Origin: an uncultured Bacteroidales bacterium
Lineage (GTDB): Bacteria; Bacteroidota; Bacteroidia; Bacteroidales; FEN-979
Assembly (NCBI GenBank): GCA_903926565.1
Contig: CAIYJU010000058.1
Span: forward strand, 743 to 64,742
Direction of reading: 5' to 3'
DNA: 64,000 bases
A model generated the notes under the pieces. It was not told where the DNA came from and searched no databases. It saw nothing but the letters and a program-made list of their open reading frames with translations. Both the position numbers and the translations under genes were made by a program. This document shows positions 59,517 to 64,000 of this stretch, piece after piece. Numbering within the stretch: the first letter of the stretch is position 1; each line of letters opens with the position of its first letter.

Positions 59517-61985
59517 ATGAAATTGTATGTAAAACTCCTTACCTTTATTCTTTTCAATTCAATGTTTGTGTGCTCCTTTGGGCAATTTATTAAGCTCGAC
59601 GGTCGCCAGTTCAAGGATGAGAATGGCGAAGATTTTTATCCGATGGTGATGAATTATTGGGTGGACTTAGTTTACAAAGGCGAATTACAAGAACCAGTTG
59701 AGAATTTTGACTCTATAAAATTAGCGCCATACATGAAATTTGGTTCAAGTCCTGGTTATGATATTCCGTCAATTGAACATGGAATCGGCAGGATTTATAC
59801 TGATTTCCAAGAGATTAAAAACTTAGGGTTTAATGTTGTCCGATTGGTCCTCAATATGGAGAAAGACACCCTTTATACAACTGACGGATTCTATTTTAAA
59901 TTAAACAAATTTGACATGCTTTGGTATGACTCACTGAATATCCCACTGAAAGTACACGTTTACCCTCCATATGATCCAGTTTCTGACCCTAACACCAAAT
60001 TCTTTTTTGATAAATATATTGAACTAGCAAAATTAGCAGATTCTGTAGGACTAAAACTTTGGATTGGTTGTGGTGGGGGATGGGTAATTTATTCAGATCA
60101 AAATATAAACGATTACACGAACTATCTTGGTGCAATGGCCAATTATATTCACGGATATTCCTTGCACAATCTTTTTTGCTATGAATTTTATGGTGAGCCA
60201 TCCAGTTCGGAAAAGTTTTACCCTCCTTATCCAACCTGGCCTAATCACACCAAACCCCAAATTTGCCAAATTGCGAATAAATGGGATTCTACCATGAAAA
60301 TTAATGATCCTGATCATTTGACTACCCTTGGTGGCACCGAATTAAATGACCCCGGATTATGGGACCCAACCTGCCTCAATGTCGATTTTACAAATATTCA
60401 CCTTTATCCGGATGTCAGGACGTTTGAGTGGAAAACAAGTAGCTCCCCGAATGGAAATGATCCTGATTTTTTATCGCATACTTTTAAGCGCTTCAAAGAT
60501 TTATTGTATCTCTACGATCAGAAATTTATTAAACCATACATTTTTGGAGAAACCAGCTTCCCCGGAGAAAATATCCACAACAATCACTATATGAAATATC
60601 CATATGCTGTATATGGGGATGAAGAGGATGGTAGAGATTTTGTCGAGGAAATGTTTTCGTTGGTAAAAAACTCCAAAGCATCAGGATTTCAATGGTGGCT
60701 GTTTCAAAATCTTCATTGGGCTGAATTGAATGAAGATTCCATTCCTTCTCCAAAACCAAATAACTACCTAAATGATGTGAAGGAGTGTTATTTAGGCCTA
60801 TTACGGTTTGGTGACCCTGATAGCGTTACGGGGTATGAAGGCCTTAGAAAGTTGGCCGCTCAAAAATTTATCGAATACAAAACAAATCCCCCTGCGATTT
60901 CTCCGCCAGATTATGGCCCCCTTTCTCCAATCATGAATATGGCAGATCCTTATTATAATCCATTTAATCATCCAATTGAAAATAATGCTGAAGTTAACGA
61001 TCCTCAGTTTCCAGATAAATTGTATTACGGTTCGATTACTGGAATTGTTAGAGATCAACTTGAACAGCCGGTAGTTGGAGCAATTGTTTGTGGTGGATCA
61101 TGGGTTGGTGACGATCCTGATGAGTATAATGATACCTTAAAACCCGAGGATTTACATACTTTATATATGTATCGTACCTTTACAGACAGTAAAGGTGAAT
61201 TTAAATTAAGTGCCAATGACTATTTACCTAATAGTACTGGAAATGTATTTCAAGGAATTCCACATCCGGAACTGGATAGTGTAATTCAATATTTTACAAT
61301 TCTAGCATATGGTGCAAATGAATCTGATGAAACACAATATATATGTCATTGGTATCCAGTACTTAAAAAGGACGATGTCTACCACCTTAATACGTTACAA
61401 TCAAAAATTGATGTGGAAATTAAGGATATTAATATTCCGATTGGTCAAGTTAGAGATTTCAAAGGCTATTCTACACTTACCGCAACAACAGTATTAGTTG
61501 ATGGTGATTCTATCTCAACCGGAGGTAATTCTGAAATAAAGGCGACTAACGAAGTAACGTTAAAAAATGGATTTTGGGCAATTAAAGGAAGTGAAGTGAA
61601 TATTTTCAATGTCCCTGTCCCAATTGATTGTGATGATCTAAATTTTTCATCTGGTAAAAAAAATATATGTGCTGTCGATATTGAAAAAAGAAATATACAA
61701 AAGGGAAATGAAATCACTGTTAACTTTTACAACGATAAAGAAAATTCAACTATTTTCCCCAACCCTAACCATGGTAATTTTACTTTTATTCTTAATAGTT
61801 CCCCTGGGGACCAAGTTGTAGTTCATTCATTAACAATTACAAACACCTTTGGAAGTGTTTTAATGGAACGAATTTTTACAGGAAACCAACTTCAGATTCA
61901 AATACCCAATCCCTCTCCAGGTGTTTATTTTTTAAACATCAGGTCCAATTCAAAATTAAATACTTTTAAATTTATTGTCATTTAA
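59517..61985 (+). CDS. T9SS-secreted clan GH-A (GH5-like) glycoside hydrolase candidate
   Basis: Signal peptide. TIM-barrel-like GFNVVRLV, YEFYGEPS (acid/base-like) and FGETSFPG (nucleophile-like). CTD STIFPNPNHGNFTFIL...GVYFLNIRS...FKFIVI. Confidence 0.55.
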   Translation: MKLYVKLLTFILFNSMFVCSFGQFIKLDGRQFKDENGEDFYPMVMNYWVDLVYKGELQEPVENFDSIKLAPYMKFGSSPGYDIPSIEHGIGRIYTDFQEIKNLGFNVVRLVLNMEKDTLYTTDGFYFKLNKFDMLWYDSLNIPLKVHVYPPYDPVSDPNTKFFFDKYIELAKLADSVGLKLWIGCGGGWVIYSDQNINDYTNYLGAMANYIHGYSLHNLFCYEFYGEPSSSEKFYPPYPTWPNHTKPQICQIANKWDSTMKINDPDHLTTLGGTELNDPGLWDPTCLNVDFTNIHLYPDVRTFEWKTSSSPNGNDPDFLSHTFKRFKDLLYLYDQKFIKPYIFGETSFPGENIHNNHYMKYPYAVYGDEEDGRDFVEEMFSLVKNSKASGFQWWLFQNLHWAELNEDSIPSPKPNNYLNDVKECYLGLLRFGDPDSVTGYEGLRKLAAQKFIEYKTNPPAISPPDYGPLSPIMNMADPYYNPFNHPIENNAEVNDPQFPDKLYYGSITGIVRDQLEQPVVGAIVCGGSWVGDDPDEYNDTLKPEDLHTLYMYRTFTDSKGEFKLSANDYLPNSTGNVFQGIPHPELDSVIQYFTILAYGANESDETQYICHWYPVLKKDDVYHLNTLQSKIDVEIKDINIPIGQVRDFKGYSTLTATTVLVDGDSISTGGNSEIKATNEVTLKNGFWAIKGSEVNIFNVPVPIDCDDLNFSSGKKNICAVDIEKRNIQKGNEITVNFYNDKENSTIFPNPNHGNFTFILNSSPGDQVVVHSLTITNTFGSVLMERIFTGNQLQIQIPNPSPGVYFLNIRSNSKLNTFKFIVI

Positions 61986-61996
61986 ATAGTTGAATC

Positions 61997-63649
61997 ATGA
62001 AAAAAATCTCGATCATAATCGCATTTTTATTGCCTCTAATTTTGCATGCCCAGTCGTGGCAGTGGTCAAAACAGGTCGGAGGAACAGGAATGGATAATGC
62101 GCAAATCTTTCATGTCGACAGCCAGCATAATGTATTTATTAAAGGTGATTATGCCAGGAATATAGCTCCACCCTGGTACGGATTGAACTGTATATTTGAG
62201 AATGATACATTATATGGCAATAATTCCAGTTTTATTGCGAAGTATAGTGAAAATGGCACCTTAAGCTGGGTGCACAATTTTGCACCAAACAGTTCATCAA
62301 AAATTTATTCAATAACATTTGATTCTATTTCAGAATCTTTTTTTATTGCAGGGATGTATCATAATTCGGTTAATCTACAGGGATGCGGGTTGACAGGTTC
62401 ATCTCAGACATTTTTTTTATATAAAATGGATCTTAATGGCAATTGCATTTGGTCTAAAAATATTGGTGGGTGTGCAGAAATGTTTGCTCTAACATGCGAC
62501 CAATACGGGAACTTATATATGTCAGGAACAATACCCGCAGGGTGCACGCTCATTGATACATGTCATGCGGATCCAGGAACTTTTATCGCTAAATTCAACC
62601 CTGAGGGATGGTGTCAATGGGTTAAAACAATTACCCCACCTAGTAATAGCTATTTCTCCTTCGCCCGTTTAGTCTTTCAGAACAATGATCTTTACGCATT
62701 AGGGTACATAAATGGTGGTGGAACCACCTTGATAATTGATACAATAGTCCGACAAATTCCTGCGGATAATTTTCCCTTGGGAATTATTTGCCTGGATAGT
62801 ACAGCTCATGCAAAATGGTTAGTATTAGATTCATATCCTTATGGTGACTTTGAATATGATGCATGTGGAGTGAATAATCAAGGGGATTTCTATATTTTCA
62901 GGCCAACTGAGGTTACAACATATCTTGGGAATGATACTTTAATAAGCCAGGGAAAAAGTAGTCTTATTATGAAGTATAATAAAGAGGGGAGTTTGCTTGG
63001 TTACAATCATCTGCTTTGTGGATCAACTTACAGGGGACCAAATGGAAGAGGTCTCTCCGTTCAGAATGATGGAACCTATTATATTACTAGTAGTTTCTCT
63101 GGCACAGCAAATTTTGGAAACTATACCATCACTGCCGATGCTGCCCCCGATATGTTTGTGGCTCATTTTACAGATTCAGGAGAATGTTTGGGAGTAGACC
63201 ATGTCGGTGGTGGTCACGGAACGAGTGTTGCCGCTGATGAAACCGGGGTATATGTTACGGGCATATTCTCCCCCGAGCCTTCGAATACCGGCTCGATGAC
63301 AATCGGTGGAAATACTTTTCATACAAGGGGTTTTGAAGACATTGTCTTTGCCAAACACGACCTTATGACCGGCACGGAAGAGATAAAACAGGCAACCGAT
63401 TACTTCCTGGTCATCTATGCCAACCCCAATAAAGGTTCATTCCGGGTAAAAATCCCAACCGATTTCGCGAATGAAAAACAGCTTGAACTGTCCATCTTTG
63501 ACATGAAGGGAAAACTGATCGGGAAGCAGTCACTATCCATCAGCGATGAGAATCCGGGAATTAATATTTATGGTCAGCCTTCGGGAACATACGCTATCAG
63601 GCTTTCAAACGGAAGTAAAAGCTATGGGGGGAAGATGATTGTTGAGTAG
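61997..63649 (+). CDS. T9SS-secreted beta-propeller-repeat protein
   Basis: Signal peptide MKKISIIIAFLLPLILHAQ. Repeated G-x-F strands. CTD LVIYANPNKGSFRVKI...GTYAIRLSNGSKSYGGKMIVE. Confidence 0.65.
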   Translation: MKKISIIIAFLLPLILHAQSWQWSKQVGGTGMDNAQIFHVDSQHNVFIKGDYARNIAPPWYGLNCIFENDTLYGNNSSFIAKYSENGTLSWVHNFAPNSSSKIYSITFDSISESFFIAGMYHNSVNLQGCGLTGSSQTFFLYKMDLNGNCIWSKNIGGCAEMFALTCDQYGNLYMSGTIPAGCTLIDTCHADPGTFIAKFNPEGWCQWVKTITPPSNSYFSFARLVFQNNDLYALGYINGGGTTLIIDTIVRQIPADNFPLGIICLDSTAHAKWLVLDSYPYGDFEYDACGVNNQGDFYIFRPTEVTTYLGNDTLISQGKSSLIMKYNKEGSLLGYNHLLCGSTYRGPNGRGLSVQNDGTYYITSSFSGTANFGNYTITADAAPDMFVAHFTDSGECLGVDHVGGGHGTSVAADETGVYVTGIFSPEPSNTGSMTIGGNTFHTRGFEDIVFAKHDLMTGTEEIKQATDYFLVIYANPNKGSFRVKIPTDFANEKQLELSIFDMKGKLIGKQSLSISDENPGINIYGQPSGTYAIRLSNGSKSYGGKMIVE

Positions 63650-63674
63650 TTTTCAAAATACGGCCAATTTCTTT

Positions 63675-63809
63675 CACGAAGATACACCGAGGTTAAACGA
63701 AGATTCACGAAGGTTACAACACAAACCTTTTAGCCCATTTTTAACGATTGTCACCTCAAAGGGTGGGTTTTTCTTCGTGTAGCTTTTTAAACCTTCTTTT
63801 ACCTTCGTG
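63675..63809. repeat. Word-repeat element: 4 phased CACGAAG-type words, spacer, then CTTCGTG words
   Basis: Forward words: cacgaag 63675, caccgag 63685, aacgaag 63696, cacgaag 63706 (spacing 10/11/10). Reverse words: cttcgtg 63773, cttcttt 63793, cttcgtg 63803. ttcacgaaggt(63704-63714) is the exact reverse complement of accttcgtgaa(63801-63811). Confidence 0.85.
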
Positions 63810-63838
63810 AAATAACAAACATTTTCGCCGGAAACACC

Positions 63839-64000
63839 CTACTGCAACACAAAATCCTGATCCCGTCGCCGTGGTTCGAAACCCGCCTGCATGATTGCAA
63901 GCTGGATCCCTGCTGCATCAAATTTATGGGTGGCGCCGGCTACACTTACAACGTTTTCTTCAATCATGATGCTTCCGAAGTCGTTGGCACCGGCATGAAG
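63839..64000 (-). CDS. C-terminal end of a radical-SAM MqnC/MqnE/CofH-family enzyme (partial)
   Basis: The minus strand reads LHAGANDFGSIMIEENVVSVAGATHKFDAAGIQLAIMQAGFEPRRRDQDFVLQ* with the stop at 63841-63839. The GANDFGS-IMIEENVV-AG pattern is typical of this family. Confidence 0.6.
   Translation of the reverse strand, partial: LHAGANDFGSIMIEENVVSVAGATHKFDAAGIQLAIMQAGFEPRRRDQDFVLQ

Noticed and set aside
63873-63884. The tRNA T-arm-like string ggttcgaaaccc.
   Set aside because: It lies inside a well-translating minus-strand ORF (…AGFEPRRRD…). No acceptor or anticodon stems can be drawn around it.

Overview
The window looks like a chromosomal segment of a Bacteroidota bacterium. The evidence is the T9SS translocon gene sprA, at least seven proteins ending in T9SS C-terminal sorting domains (CTDs), several TAnnTTTG -7 promoter boxes, and very tight gene spacing. 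All family calls come from reading motifs in the supplied translations; no database search was possible.

Most of the window is housekeeping or envelope biology:
- Metabolism and repair: pfkA, a C69 dipeptidase, fumC, prfB (with its programmed +1 frameshift), recX, ruvA, gcvH, uvrC, ltaE, thiL.
- Envelope and transport: waaA, aqpZ, an NRAMP transporter, a GT39-like transferase, sprA, a TonB-dependent receptor.
- Other enzymes: a GH38 mannosidase and two TlpA-like thiol-disulfide oxidoreductases.

Accessory content:
- a PIN/antitoxin pair;
- a HigB/HigA-type pair whose toxin is frameshifted;
- a short ORF6N-domain gene;
- an orphan mini-kinase-like gene;
- a class D beta-lactamase-like domain with an extra NTF2/SnoaL-like N-terminal domain.

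I found no CRISPR array, tRNA, rRNA, transposase, integrase or recognisable defence island.

The best candidates for something not yet described, all unproven, are:
1. A translationally coupled operon (44548 to 39357, running into uvrC) that encodes two GT-C-like polytopic proteins, a Dpm1/ArnC-like GT2 and a STELLO/DUF288-like protein.
2. A TPR histidine kinase and LuxR-type regulator upstream of a four-gene secreted-protein operon, preceded by a perfect 23-nt palindrome.
3. A set of intergenic 'word-repeat' elements. Each has a short word repeated four times at about one helical turn (10/12/10 or 10/11/10 nt). In one locus the reverse-complement word follows.
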